64,000 bases of DNA, taken from the human T2T-CHM13v2.0 reference genome, Homo sapiens. The stretch lies in assembly GCF_009914755.1 (NCBI RefSeq), contig NC_060939.1. One strand, 5' to 3'. The notes beneath the pieces were generated by a model, which saw only the letters and a program-made list of their open reading frames with translations, was not told the origin of the DNA and searched no databases. The translations under genes and the position numbers were made by a program. Of this stretch, positions 20,545 to 48,780 are shown piece after piece (positions within the stretch are counted from its first letter, which is position 1; every line of letters starts with the position of its first letter).

Positions 20545-21050
20545 TTGCTGCTTTCTCTACTCTGCAGTCAACACCCCATATTTCCTCGGGGCCCCACCTT
20601 CCACTACTGTCAGTATGTTAACTCTCCCTGTGACTCCAGGGTTAGGCAGGTGACTGAGCCCAGCCGTTCAGAGCCATATGTTCCCGATCATAGTCAAGTG
20701 TTCAGATGAGCCCAGATGAGCCTGTGACCCAATAAGATGCACTGAGTCTTTTGCTTGGCCTGCTGGTAAAGAGGCACTCTTTCTTCCATTCTAGGTTTGA
20801 ACTCTGCAGGATGTTGGCCTGGGGTTGCTGATAGCCATTCTACCTCCACATGGAACTAGAAAATAAACCACCACAGAAAAAGCAGAAATGCACAATGAAC
20901 TAGGTCGTGTCCCAATGACGTCGTTTGACCCCTGACTCCAGCCTGACCTGGACTTTTCAATTCCTTGAACTAATACATTCCCTCTTCTTGCTGAAGTCAC
21001 GGTGAGCCTATTTTCCTATCATTTACAACAAAAAGAGTCCTGACACAATG
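20545..21050 (+). mobile_element. MLT1J/K-type MaLR LTR
   Basis: 3' end 'cctggacttttcaattccttgaactaatacattccctctt...atttacaacaaaaagagtcctgac' typical of old MLT1 LTRs. Confidence 0.7.
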
Positions 21051-21218
21051 ACTTTTCAAAAATCGTCACTCTCCCATGAACCTTTGGAGCGTCAGGGTTA
21101 ATGATATTCTGATACAATTTACTGTTTCCATGTCTTTGCTTAACTATCTCTTTCTCAGTAAGGTCTTTCCTGACGACTGTATTTTAAATTGTGATTCCTT
21201 CCAGCCCAGTCAGCCTAG

Positions 21219-22025
<807 letters not shown>

Positions 22026-22636
22026 CTATTTTATTCATTGCTATTGCCTACATAAAGCCTGGCACATGTCAGGAAGTTCAATGAGTGAATGAACATTTGG
22101 CGAGTAATACATCTAAGTCCTCTCGTGGCCTTTATATTCAGACTGACTCGGGTTCAGATCTGAGCTCCTCAATTATAGGTTGCTTAATGCTATGCACATT
22201 ACTTAATCTTATTGAGACTTAATTTCTCACCCCAAAACACAGTGCAATAATTTCTGTCAGAATTGTGAGATTAGATGAGGTCATAACATCCTACACTTGC
22301 CTGCCACGTTGTAGGCTCTCATTTTATACACTTGGGGTGACCAACTAGAGTGAGGAAGAGAACCCACTAAATTGATATGTCAGGAGATCTTGCTTATCTT
22401 TTGTGAATCAGTGATGGCTGATGAACAACTAGGGATATAAAGGATATACACGTGGCTCCATGTGAGAACCAATATTTGTGGCCTGTTGTTAGCACACTTG
22501 CCTAGTTTTACAATGACTGATCCAAGAAAGAAGACATTTCTTTGGATGGTCTGGAAATTCTGGTGGGACACAGATGATAAATTGCTGGCTCTTGGCAAAA
22601 GATGACATGACTCTTATTATCTGATTATTTACTTAG

Positions 22637-23022
22637 TGTCATGGCCTGTATGTTGTAGCCTTCCAAAATTCATATGTTGAAACTCCAACCCCCAGTGTGA
22701 TGGTATTTGGAGACGGGGCCTTTGGGAGGTGATTAGGATGAGATGAGATCATGACGGTGGGGAGATCATGACGGTGGGGGGATCATGATGGGATTAGTGC
22801 CTTTATAAGAGACAGTAGGGGGCTTACACTTGACATCCTCCAACTGCCAAGCCATGTGAGGACAAAGCAAGAAGGCAGCCATCTGCAAGCCGAGAAAAGA
22901 GCCCTCATCAGAATCTGACCATATGGACACACTGATCTTGGGGTTCCAGCCTCCAGAACTGTGAGAAAATTAATTTGCACTGTTAAGCAGTTTGGTTATG
23001 TCAGCCTGAGCTGACTAAGACA
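22637..23022 (+). mobile_element. MLT1A/B-type MaLR solo LTR
   Basis: TG...CA ends, 'aaaattcatatgttgaa...ggggcctttgggaggtgattagg...ccagcctccagaactgtgagaa', 5-bp TSD cttag/tttag; internal 18-bp duplication gagatcatgacggtgggg. Confidence 0.9.
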
Positions 23023-23070
23023 TTTAGGTACTCTCCCTTTTGCATTGGACCTATACAAAATGGGAATCTG

Positions 23071-25458
<2,388 letters not shown>

Positions 25459-25968
25459 GACATTTCTTAATAGTTACACTTTAAATAATGCTATGGCTAG
25501 AAATTGAATAAAAACCTTTGGACTTGGTTAATAACTATGACAAGACTAGCACGAAATCCTATTTAAATAAGGCCTCAATAGAGCACCATGACAAAACAGA
25601 ATCAACAAGGTTAATTAAGTCTTTGTGCCTTATTATATACCTAGGGAACCCAACCTTGTAAGATTAAACAGCATTAAAAATAGAAGGGCATGTGGTGAGT
25701 TGAGTTTACACTCAGTATACCAATGAAATTTTCTCTGTGGGTTTTCACTGGTTGCTTTTAAGAGTAAGTTTGAGCAGTAATCTCTGAGGAGGATCTTCTG
25801 ATCTAACCAAGTGAAAGAACAATTTCATTAGCACTACAGCAGGGAAGATGTCATTTATTGATGAGCTAACAGTCATTGGATAGATGCCCAGTGATGCTGG
25901 ATATTGTGCTGGGTTCTGAGAAAATCTAATAAGATGTGGTCCCTGCCCTCAGGGGGCTTGCACTCTAG

Positions 25969-26267
<299 letters not shown>

Positions 26268-26579
26268 TGAGTTTTTAAGGATGAGTAGGAGTTAGTGATG
26301 AGGTCATTCCTAGCCCAAGGACTAAATCACATATAAGGAAGCGCCTTAATGAGGGGCAATAGGTTGGAATCAGGGATCAGGTTGTTCATTATAAACAAGC
26401 AATTCAGTAGGGCTTAAGTGAAGGTTGTTGGGGAAAAGAAGTTCAAGATGGTGATGTTCCAAACTATGACAAGCCCAGCCAAAGAGTTAATCCTGAGAGC
26501 TACATGAGCCATCTCCAGGTTTTAAGTGAGAAGATTTGGTATTCTTGACAGAAGCTGTCAGGAATACCCTGTGAGGGCT

Positions 26580-26815
26580 GCTTATCTCCATTCCTGGGAC
26601 TTTCCCTGGATGCTTTTGGCACAAGGGCAGCAGCTGCTATTGCTGACTGCTGGAAAACAGGGTCTCACTGGCATGGAATTCGGGTGACTGTAATTACGGA
26701 TAATGGGTCTCAATTTGCCTGTCAGGAATTTGCACAGTTGGCTCTATCCCTGGAATTTGAATACTTTACATCCTGCTTATGCATCAAAGTCAGACAGCAG
26801 AAGAAGCAGAAGTCA
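26580..26815 (+). mobile_element. Degenerate Gypsy-type LTR-retrotransposon integrase core (MamGypsy-like fossil)
   Basis: Frame reads TRAAAAIADCWKTGSHWHGIRVTVITDNGSQFACQEFAQLALSLEFEYFTS, then HQSQTAEEAE after a frameshift; resembles rve pattern RHGIPetviSDNGPQF.s.EF..Fa..wgfeHiTSSP.yPQSNG.AEr. Confidence 0.75.
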
Positions 26816-27163
26816 CCGGGGTTTCCCATCTACTCAGTCAGCTGGCCTTGGAAATGGCCGTGGACCTCTTAAAAGCAGTGGCCATTCCCATGGAGGGAGT
26901 TTTTCCTAACCAAGCCCACCCCCACAGAAAAGGCTTAGAGCCGCTCTCAGGCACCAGGTCTGGGAAGCTAAGGAAGGAGGACTTGCTGTTACAGTGATCC
27001 CACGGTGTTTTCCTGGGGTCCATGGCAGCTTGGAAGGACTGTGTCCACTCACATCCTGGTCTTTAACTCAGGCTGACACACCCTCACCCCTTACTGCCTG
27101 TAGCCAATTTTTAAAAAGAAACAAAAAAAGAGGAGGAAGCACTTGCTTCACTACTACTTTGCT

Positions 27164-27760
27164 CCTTCCTTCCTTCCTTCCTTCCTTCCTTCCTTCCTTC
27201 CTTCCTTCCTTCCTTCCTTTCCCTCCCTCCGTCCCTCCGTCCCTCCCTCCCTCCCTCCTTCCTTCCTTCCTTCCTTCTTTCCTTTTTCTTTCTTTTGAGA
27301 CAGGGTCTGGCTTTGTCGCCTAGGCTGGAGGGCACTGGCATGATCTCAGCTCACTGCAGCCTCAACCTCACGTGCTCAAGTGACCCCCCACCTCAGCCTC
27401 CCAAGTAGCTGGGACTACAGGTGTGTGCCACCGTGCCCAGCTAATTTTTGTATTTTTGGTAAAGACAGGGTTTCGTCATGTTGCCCAGGCTGGTCTCGAA
27501 CTCCAGAGCTCAAGAGATCCACCCACCTCAGCCTCCCAAGATTACAGGTGTGGGCCACTGTGCCTGGCCACTACTGCTTTCGTTCTTCATGGCCCACTCT
27601 AGTCAAGAGTCAACAACTTTATTTATTTATTTATTTATTTATTTAGCGATGAGATTTCACTATGTTGCCCAGGCTGGTGTCAAACTTCTGGGCTCAACTA
27701 ATCCTCCTGCCTCAGCTTCCCAAGTAACTGGGATTACAGGCACATTTCACTGTGTCCAGC
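27164..27760 (-). mobile_element. (CCTT)n/(CCCT)n tract with antisense AluJ and Alu monomer
   Basis: Direct reading plus reverse Alu consensus. Confidence 0.9.
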
Positions 27761-27906
27761 TCAATTTTGTTTTTTATCCTTCTAGTTTTGCCTTCTGTTC
27801 TTGTCATAGCACTGACTTCTCTATGTATTTATTTAATATTTATTGATATAGTACTTGACGACATTATAAATGCTTTACATATATTGACTCAAAATTATTC
27901 CTCCTA

Positions 27907-28214
<308 letters not shown>

Positions 28215-28820
28215 CTAACACATGTATGTGATAAGTACAGACAAGGAAGCGATTATATCCATTTCACAGATGAGAAAGTGAGACAGACAGTAGTGGAGCT
28301 CAGATCTGAACAAGGTAGTATTACTCCAAAGTCTATGCCAAACTACACTTCAACTGCATACATTTCAGTTTGTCTCTCCACATGTGAGATGATTCTTTAC
28401 TGAGCACTTTAATTTGTGCTAGACACTTTCCATCTGTGATCTCCTCTGTTCCTCATGGCAACCCAAAAGATAGACACAGATAAGAGAACCAAGTCACAGT
28501 GATTTATGCAACTTCTACAAGATTATTCCGTTAGTAAATGGGGAGTTGCCAGCCACTAAGGGAGCTCTTTATCTCCAGTTCCTACTGCTTCCCCAAATAC
28601 CTGACTTCTGTTTATTGCTTGATCCTCTCCTATACTGACTGTTTTGGGTATTCTCACAGCCAGAGTCAGTCCCTGAGACCCAACCACCATTGTACTTAGA
28701 CATACCCAAGTCTCCACTCAAAGGGAGCATAGAACATTCTGCCACAATTTCAGAGGAATGAAATTTAAACTTTCAGTCTATTCTGCGAGGCTACATTCTC
28801 ACTGTTTCAAAGGATCCCTT

Positions 28821-29514
<694 letters not shown>

Positions 29515-29539
29515 GCTAACCCCAAAATCTATCCTCTCT

Positions 29540-33066
<3,527 letters not shown>

Positions 33067-34169
33067 CAGATTTGCTTTTTAAAATTGCCATGAAAATTTG
33101 TGTCCACAGATTTGACTTATTTTTATGAACTCATGATAATACCCAACTTCCTTTCCTTCCATGTAAAGAAAAAGTAACATCTTCAAAAATTAAAATTGTC
33201 CAAGTACCTCGTGTTAGGTGGAATTTGGGTTTTATTTGCTGTAGGGAGTGGGGAAGGTTGGACTTGAATAGGAATATTGACACTGAGACTTACTGATTTG
33301 CTCTTCTTTTACCTGCAGAGCCAAATCAATGGTACTCATGCTACGAACAGGAGCTATGGTATTTTTACCAAATCTGGAGACAGTGATCTTCACTTTGAAA
33401 AACAGGTTCTGAGAAGCCCCTCAGAAGTGAGAAAGGCTGTAACCTAACCTCGAAATTTATTAGCAGAAGCAGGTAATGACCACGAAGTCTCGCCGTTAAG
33501 GCACACCAGTGCTTGCCTTCTATTTCTGGCTCTAACCAAAGCTGTCAGCTTCTCACTTTCAAAAAAACTTAGTTCACTTCATGAAAAAAATATATATACA
33601 TGATTGTGAGAAGTCTACAGAAGTCCCCTGAAAATCCAGTGACCTCATTTTTGGTAGCTCTGTAATATTTGTGAACATTTGTTTTTCAGCACTGTCACTA
33701 CTTTTGGTCAAATTTACTGTCAGGGTTTTTGAGTTTCAAGGGCAGTTTGTCTTAACCAGTTTCTCCATTTATTGGAAGATCTGTCTCTGTAACCTAAATA
33801 CAACACTCTCACTCATACTAAAAAATCCAACCAGCCCCAACCACAGGCAAGATCTGGAAAGCAGAACTGGAAAGTGGATTAAAAGAAAAAGCCCAAACTT
33901 TTTGTGTTGCAGTCCTTTATTGCCTTCATTCGCTGGACAACTTTCCTAATGTGACATTTGTCTTGGCCGATGAAGTGTCACATACTAAGCAGGTGATAAG
34001 TGGCATAACTCAATGGAAGTATTTGGGAAAGTAAGTCAGAGGCAAGTGACAAGCTGGAATGTATGTAACTGTCAGCACAGACAGGCCAAGGGCCCAAAAT
34101 AAAAGCTATTTTTCCTCTCTGACTTGGCAACCCTGCTTGAAGTTAGGTTTAGGCTCGCTTTTTAAATCA

Positions 34170-34172
<3 letters not shown>

Positions 34173-34219
<47 letters not shown>
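34173..34219. repeat. (TG)n microsatellite
   Basis: Direct reading. Confidence 0.97.
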
Positions 34220-34222
<3 letters not shown>

Positions 34223-34296
34223 GACTGCCATCTTCCTATTGCTGAATACCTACAGAAGAAAACCAGAAGGTAGTGGTGTACTTAAAAATGAAAAGA

Positions 34297-34954
<658 letters not shown>

Positions 34955-35694
34955 TTAAGTGCATTAGCAGAAGGCATCTTCAAGCTGATGTGATGGAGAC
35001 CCATCAAATCTGAATCAAAGCCAAAAAGGGAAAGAAAACAAAATTAAGTAGCTCTTTCATAAACTTCAATAAGGTTTCACAAATTGAGACACAAGATGTG
35101 AGATGTTAAAAACATTCTCCCAGTGCTTTTCTCGGACTGAATGAGTTTCTGCATTTAGGCAGTTTTGGCATTTGCAAAGTGCTTGCTTTGTGTGAAAGGA
35201 AGTGAATGTGAGGATAAAGAAGTAGAGGAGAGAGGTGAAGGACCAGCTTCTATCCTGTCTCTGTTTCCAGGCGTCTTGATGTAGAGCTCTACTTAACTGT
35301 GAGAGCAGCTCCCAAATAAAAGTGGGACTCAGCACTATATTCCTATAAGTTGGTGACTGATTGGACTCTTCTCAATAAATCAATAATGGGCTTCATGGAG
35401 GTGGTGTTCTTGAGCCAGCCTTTAAGGTTTGTGGAATTTGCCAGGCAGAGATGCTGTGGATGGATCTTCTAGGTAGAGGGAAACATATGAATAGGGGCAG
35501 GACAGAAGGAAACCAGAGAACACATTCTGGGCACATAGAGCTGTAGAGTCAGAAGAACATGGCATCAGTCTGGATACTTGGGGCAGGGCAGATTTAGGTG
35601 TCAGAGGTTGTCAGCCCAAGAGGTGACCCTTTACTGAAGGATGGAACATAGGAAAAGGAATGGATTTGGGAAGGAAGGTGATTAAGAAGGGCAT

Positions 35695-37108
<1,414 letters not shown>

Positions 37109-37427
37109 AAGATGTTGGTTTGGGACATACATATTTAAGTTACTGGAAGTCATCGAGGCAGTCAAAAAAGTAGAATTAGTGCTTTGAACACTATATCGAG
37201 TGCCCTGAGCACTGAGATAAGTATCTGAGAGTCATTCACATGGTTAAAACAATAATAAGGGGCAATATTTATTATATTTTTTGCTTTGTGCCAGATATTG
37301 TTCTAAAGAGCTTTATATGTATTCTCTCATTCCACCTCACAGCAGCCATGTCAGTTAAATACTTTTATTATTTCTATTTTACAGGTAAGGACACTAACAG
37401 ACACACAGGAGAGGCTTAGTAATTTGC

Positions 37428-41393
<3,966 letters not shown>

Positions 41394-41474
41394 CTTTCCA
41401 AAGGCACATACTCTACAATTCCATTTAAACAAACTCTGAGACAAATTTTATCTATAATGATAGAAAGCAAATCA

Positions 41475-42170
41475 GACCGGGCATGATGGCTCATGCCTGT
41501 AATTACAGCACTTTGGAGGCCGAGGCGGGAGGATCACTTGAGCCCAGGAGTTCAAGGCCAGCCTGGGCAACATAGGTAGACCCTGTCTCTATAAAAAATT
41601 AAAAAAAAAAAAAAAAACTAGCTGGCCATGGTGGCGCATGCCTGTCATCCCAGCTACTCAAGAGGCTGAGGTAGAGATCACTTGAGCGTGGGAGGTCAAG
41701 GCTGCAGTGAGCTATGATCATGCCACTGCACCCAGTCTGGGCAACAGAATGAGACCCTGTCCCAAAAAAGACAGAAATAATGCCGGGCATGGTGGGTCAT
41801 GCCTGTAATCCCAGCACTTTGGGGGGCCGAGGCTGGCGGATCACCTGAGGTCAGGAGTTGGAGACCGGCCTGGCCAACATGGCGAAACCTCGTCTCTCCT
41901 AAAAATAAAAAATTAACTGAGTATAGTGGTGCATGTCTGTAATCCCAGCTACTTGGAGGCTGAGACAGGAGAATCATTTGAACCTAGGAGGCGGAGGCTG
42001 CAGTGAACCGAGATTGTGCCACTGCACTCCAGCCTGGGCAACAGAGCGAGACTCCGTCCCCCCACCCCCACACACAAAAAGACAGAAATAGATAGATAGA
42101 TGATAGATAGATAGATATCTCTACATAGAGAGAGAGAGAAAGAAAGAAGGAAAGAAAGAAAAAGAAAATT
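41475..42170 (+). mobile_element. Tandem AluJ + AluS followed by (GATA)n/(GAAA)n, embedded in an L1M 3' remnant (41400-42360)
   Basis: Alu consensus; TSD aaaaagacagaaata; L1 3' motif 'ctcattgaattgtacacttaaaa'. Confidence 0.85.
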
Positions 42171-43300
42171 AGCATAGCCTAGGGTCACGGAGGTAGGGGT
42201 GGGAATTGTGGGCAGGGCCATATAAAAACTTGCGGAGACCTCAGAAATGTTCTATTTCTTAGTTATTGGAGTGCTTACACATTTGTCACACTCATTGAAT
42301 TGTACACTTAAAATTGGAATATTGTTGACTGTATATTTTACCTTAATAAGATTGATTTTAAGAAAAGAGGGCAAGTGATGAGGAGGTGGAATCAGTAGGC
42401 TAAAAAGTATGATGGCAAAGGCAAGAAGAGAGATGGGACAGTGTCTTAAGAATGTACTTGGGTCAAGGATTTTAGGCATTTTTTAAGATAAGAGAGATTT
42501 GAATAAGTTTGAAGGCAGACTATAAGGACTAGAGATATAAACCAGAAAGCTTAAATTATAAATTATAAAATTATAAATTTATAAAGCTTAAATTATAAAT
42601 TCTGGCGGGGACTGAAATAAATGATGTTTAGCCGGGAGTTTAGTTAGATCATGAACTACTTCCCGGGGAAGATAGGTTAAAGAGATTTTAGGCACTCAGT
42701 TCTAGTGTCCTCAGTAATGTAGGTCTGTTTACATACAAGAAGTTCAAGGCTTTGAGTGGGGAGTTAGGTTTAGATAGAGAAGAAGTTTAATGTAGTTTTT
42801 ATGTGAGTTGACACTGGAAGTCAATTACTTTTGAATTCTCTGCTAAAGTGTTTAGCATTATTCTGTAAGCAAAAGGGAGCCATTTAAGTCTTTTGAGCAG
42901 GAAAGTGAAAAGTCAGGGCTGTACTTTTAGGAAAATCATTCTGTTACAGAGAGGACCATGGACTAGTTGGGAGTTATTAGACGCAGGAAAACCAGTTAGA
43001 AGAATATTGCAATCCTAGGGACAAAAGCTGGTGAATGAGCCCAAGAGAAGTAGGAATGGGAAACTTTACCTTAATTTGTAAAAGAGATTGCGGCAGAATG
43101 AAAAGGCGGCATGCTGGAAATGACTGGATGGGATTGAGGGAGAAGGAAAGCGGAAAATAGAGCAGATGAGGGAGAGAAGGATTTCTCACTTTTGGAGCCA
43201 AGTTTGTGGTCCAGCAGGCAATTCAGGTGAAGAGGTGCTTGTAGTGAGAGGGAATAGAGTGTGAGACCTAGTAGGAGTGATCTGATCAAGCTGCGGATGA

Positions 43301-44070
<770 letters not shown>

Positions 44071-44146
44071 TATTTTCCTTTCTGAACTAAGGAATCACCT
44101 CTTGGTTTGGACTAGGTGTCCCTTTTGAAACAAATGATAGTGTGGG

Positions 44147-44822
<676 letters not shown>

Positions 44823-44899
44823 GTGGGTAAATGGTAAACGGTGCTTCAGAGTCAGTAATACCTACCCTGTTCTTTCTGGAAGATAGGTTGAATGGGTTC

Positions 44900-45195
44900 A
44901 GGCAGTGTTTCTCAAAAATGTGCCCTTAATGGGATATGATATATTAATGTGTTTTCCAAGGGCAGTTTGTGTCATGGTCAAATAAGTTTGAGTAATATAG
45001 GATTAAGCAAAGCCAAACAGTTGGGGTTTTTCAAATGCAGGACTTCTCAAGGCCTTAATATGTAATGCTACTATGCACAGTTAATCTTCATGAGGAGAGA
45101 AATATAAAATAAAGCATTTCTTATATTCATTTAAACAGACAATGGTTTTTCTAAGGAATTAATGCTCCAAGAGAAGCACTTTAAGAAAAACTGAT
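44900..45195. mobile_element. hAT-Charlie-type DNA transposon remnant
   Basis: Termini cagtgtttctcaaa / tttaagaaaaactg; internal 'gtcaaataagtttg...caggacttctca'. Confidence 0.55.
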
Positions 45196-45682
45196 TTCAG
45201 CTGTGCCAAGACGGCCGTTATTTGTAATAGTTGTACACAAATAAGGACTTCTTTCCTTTAATATAGAAAATGCAATATAGTTTTGGAAAAAAATTCTATT
45301 AGTAGTGAAGAAAATTTTTTAACAAGTTCTTCCCAAGAAAGCCTGAGCTTAGGCCTCACATGAGTTGTTGGAGTCCATTTCCATTAAATAGCGTTTGGGG
45401 CTCAACAACATAGTGTTTCTCTAACTCCAGCTTCAGAAACCTACCATTATAAATAATTGGGGATAATTATGAGAGCAGCTGAATAAACTGGAAAAGGTTG
45501 GGCATAAAGAGAAAAGCAATAGGAGGAAATGTGCAGTACTTGAGCTCGCCCATAAATCTTTCTGGAGGCAGAAAAACAGCCCCCATCTTCTCCAAACTGG
45601 AATGCGCATATAAAGTCAATACCAAATGAAACCTAACCAAATCAAAATAACGGTACCCTGAAAAGTGACTCTAGTTTTATTT

Positions 45683-45755
45683 TGCAGTTATTGAGAGAGA
45701 ATCTCTGGACCCTTTCGTGCAGTTATTGAGAGAGAATCTCTGGACCCTTTCGTGC
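45683..45755. repeat. Perfect 35-bp tandem duplication
   Basis: tgcagttattgagagagaatctctggaccctttcg x2, plus tgc. Confidence 0.97.
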
Positions 45756-46409
45756 CCCTAAAATTAAATCCCCTGACTCCAGGCTAAAAAATATGGCAAT
45801 AACTTTGTTTGGGGCCAGGGTGGTCCCTTAATCCTGAGGCATTTGTGATTCCTTCCCCCCTATCAACCCAGCATCCCTCACCCTTCTACCACTGGAAACA
45901 TAATGACTTAAGAAGCTCAATTTGGTCTCATGAGCAGCCTTCAAGCAAACCTTTTGCTGGGAAGGTCGTTATGGAGAAAAGCAAGGGTTTCAGAAATGAA
46001 ATAAATTGTTCTATCAATAAGCAGTACATCTGGCATTTATTAATTAAAGGCTGGGGAGCCTCTGGGGGCAGGAGACTGGGTGGCTGCTGCAAGTATTGAG
46101 GAAGTCAGTACATGATAATATGCACTTTTTGTTGAAAATTCTCTATGACAATTTTGGCAAGGTGCATGTTTCCCTGCATTTGTCAATTATCAATTTTTCT
46201 GCATAATCAGATCTACTCCTAGACTTCATTTTATCTTATTGTCTCTCAAGGGGGAAGTGGAGGAGGGATGTAAAGTGGACAGAGCAACTTGCATTGTGCC
46301 AGACAATGTGCTCAGGGTTATATTTGTTATAATGTGGCTATTGGGTGGGAGTGATCCCTTTACAGACAAAGAATTTGAGCATCCATGATCCAAACTTAGC
46401 TCTGAACTC

Positions 46410-46708
<299 letters not shown>

Positions 46709-47434
46709 GTTCTGACCACTTCTAAACTCCTTCTGTTTCATGCAAGAAGAACTTAAATTAGAGAGGTTAGGCACTCTGATGCCCTGACGACAGGGATGTA
46801 AATTATAAATCAGCACAACTGTTTTGGAAGACTGCTTGCAATGAATATGCAGCAAGGTCCCTAAAATGTTAATAGTATCTGACCTGGTAATAATCGTAAT
46901 GATAAATGCCATTTACTGTGCATTTACCCACAATCCAGCATATAACCTTAAGCCATATCTCTGCTTAGTTTGCGCCTGTAGAATTCCTGAGATGTATTCT
47001 CAACAAGGAACTGGTTGCTTAATCAGCTCTCTACTGAGCACCTACTCTGTAGCTAGGCTGACTAGATAGGTTCATAGTTCCAAGTACAGAGGGGAGGAGG
47101 AAGAGGAGGTGAGAGAGCCCTAATGAGGGAAATTGTATTCAAGTACTATTCTAACTTGGATTTGGCAACTTTCCCTTAGTTTTCATCTCTTGAACGATAA
47201 GCGGTGCCAATCAGTAGCTATGTGACTTGGAGCAAATTACTTAATCTCTGTAAAAGAGATTACTTGTTACTTGTAAAAGGAGGATAATAGTGCCAGCCTA
47301 GGGTTGTTGTGATGAATAAATGAGATAATGCAAGTGAAGAGGTATGGTGCAGGAATTTTGGCTTTAGGAACATATTGAGGTTTGGAAGGAATTCCTAGAT
47401 AGAGGCTCTGTATCAGAAGCAATCAACCTCACCT

Positions 47435-47680
47435 TTGCTGTCCAGTACACTAGCCATCAGCCACACATGGCTTTTGAGCACTTGAAATGTGACTAGACTG
47501 AATTGAAATGTGCTGTAAGTGTAAATACACACTGGATTATTTTGAAGACTTAGCACAATAGATAGAATGTAAAAATACCCCATTAACAAATTTCACCTGC
47601 TTCTTTTTTACTTTTTAAATGTGACTACTGGAAAATTCTAAAGCATACATATGGCTCATATATATTGGATAACATTGGGC
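47435..47680. mobile_element. MER33/MER3-type hAT MITE
   Basis: 'gctgtccag...gagcacttgaaatgtgactag..tgaattgaaatgtgctgtaagtgtaaatacacactggatt...tattggata'. Confidence 0.8.
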
Positions 47681-47799
47681 TTGACATCAGGGAGGCAAGA
47701 TTCCCTCTGCCCCCAAGAAATAAAAATTCAGCTCTAGACTGCAAAACCTTCTGCCTGGAGGAAGATTTCTCTTAAAGATTCCCTTGTTCTCTTCCATCC

Positions 47800-48780
47800 T
47801 CATCCCCAACTTAAATCCAGCCTCGACATATGGTGGTAAGGTGATCTTTCTATTACAAGATGAAAATCTGCTCTCACTGTTGTTCTATTTCTTCACACAT
47901 TTTGAGGTTTCCTCTTTGCCTTTCAGAATAAGGGACACACTCCTTACCAGGGCTGCGTACCAGGCCATTCGTGACCTGGCTGCCACTCCCTGCCCTCAGC
48001 TTCATCTCCCACCCAGTTTCTTATGTGTGTTGTATTTCTGATACCGCCGTGTCTTTGAATTTGCTCTTCCCTTTTCTAGAAAGGTCATTCTATTATCTGT
48101 GCACACACACCCTAGTCTCCTGCACTACCCCACTGTTCTTTATCTGCCTGATTGTCTTCCAAGACCCAGCTTATCTGTCTCATCCTCTTGGATGTCTTTC
48201 CTAAACTTTCATCCTTTAACTAGGAGAAATACTCCTCTCTGTTCCCCATAACACCCTCCATTGGCCTCTTTAAAGGCACCTACACATTTGATTTCTTCCT
48301 GGTTTGCCTGCCTTCAATTGACTGTGAGTTTCTTAAAGACAGTAACCTCTTCTTCACCTATAACCCCAGGACCATGACTAATGCCTGGAACACAGTAAAC
48401 TCTCAATAGACATTTGTCAGGGAATTGGCCAGGGATCATCAGCTCATGGGTGGTGTGGCAATTAGAACTCTTCTGGATGCAAGTGACAGAAACCTCCACT
48501 GTGCCAGGCTTTATTGGCCTACAGGATTGAAAAGTCTACATTGCCGGATTCAGCAGTTCAACTAGTGTCACTAAGACACTGTTTTTCTTCATCTCTGTTT
48601 ACTTCCCGTTGTTCCAGTTCCATTCTAAAGGTTCTTTCTTTGTGGTGACAAGATGGCTGACAGGTATATCCTTCCAGATTCCATTTAAGGGAGACAAATA
48701 TTCCAGTCAAACAAGACCCTAGTTCCAGCAGAGTAGTCTGGAAGTAGTCACCGTTGCCCGTGGATAGGATACATCAGGAG
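47800..48780. mobile_element. L2 3' remnant (+, to ~48420) followed by antisense MLT1J/K fragment
   Basis: 'tgcctggaacacagtaaactctcaatagacatttg'; 'ttagaactcttctggatgcaagtgacagaaac...gtgacaagatggctg'. Confidence 0.65.
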
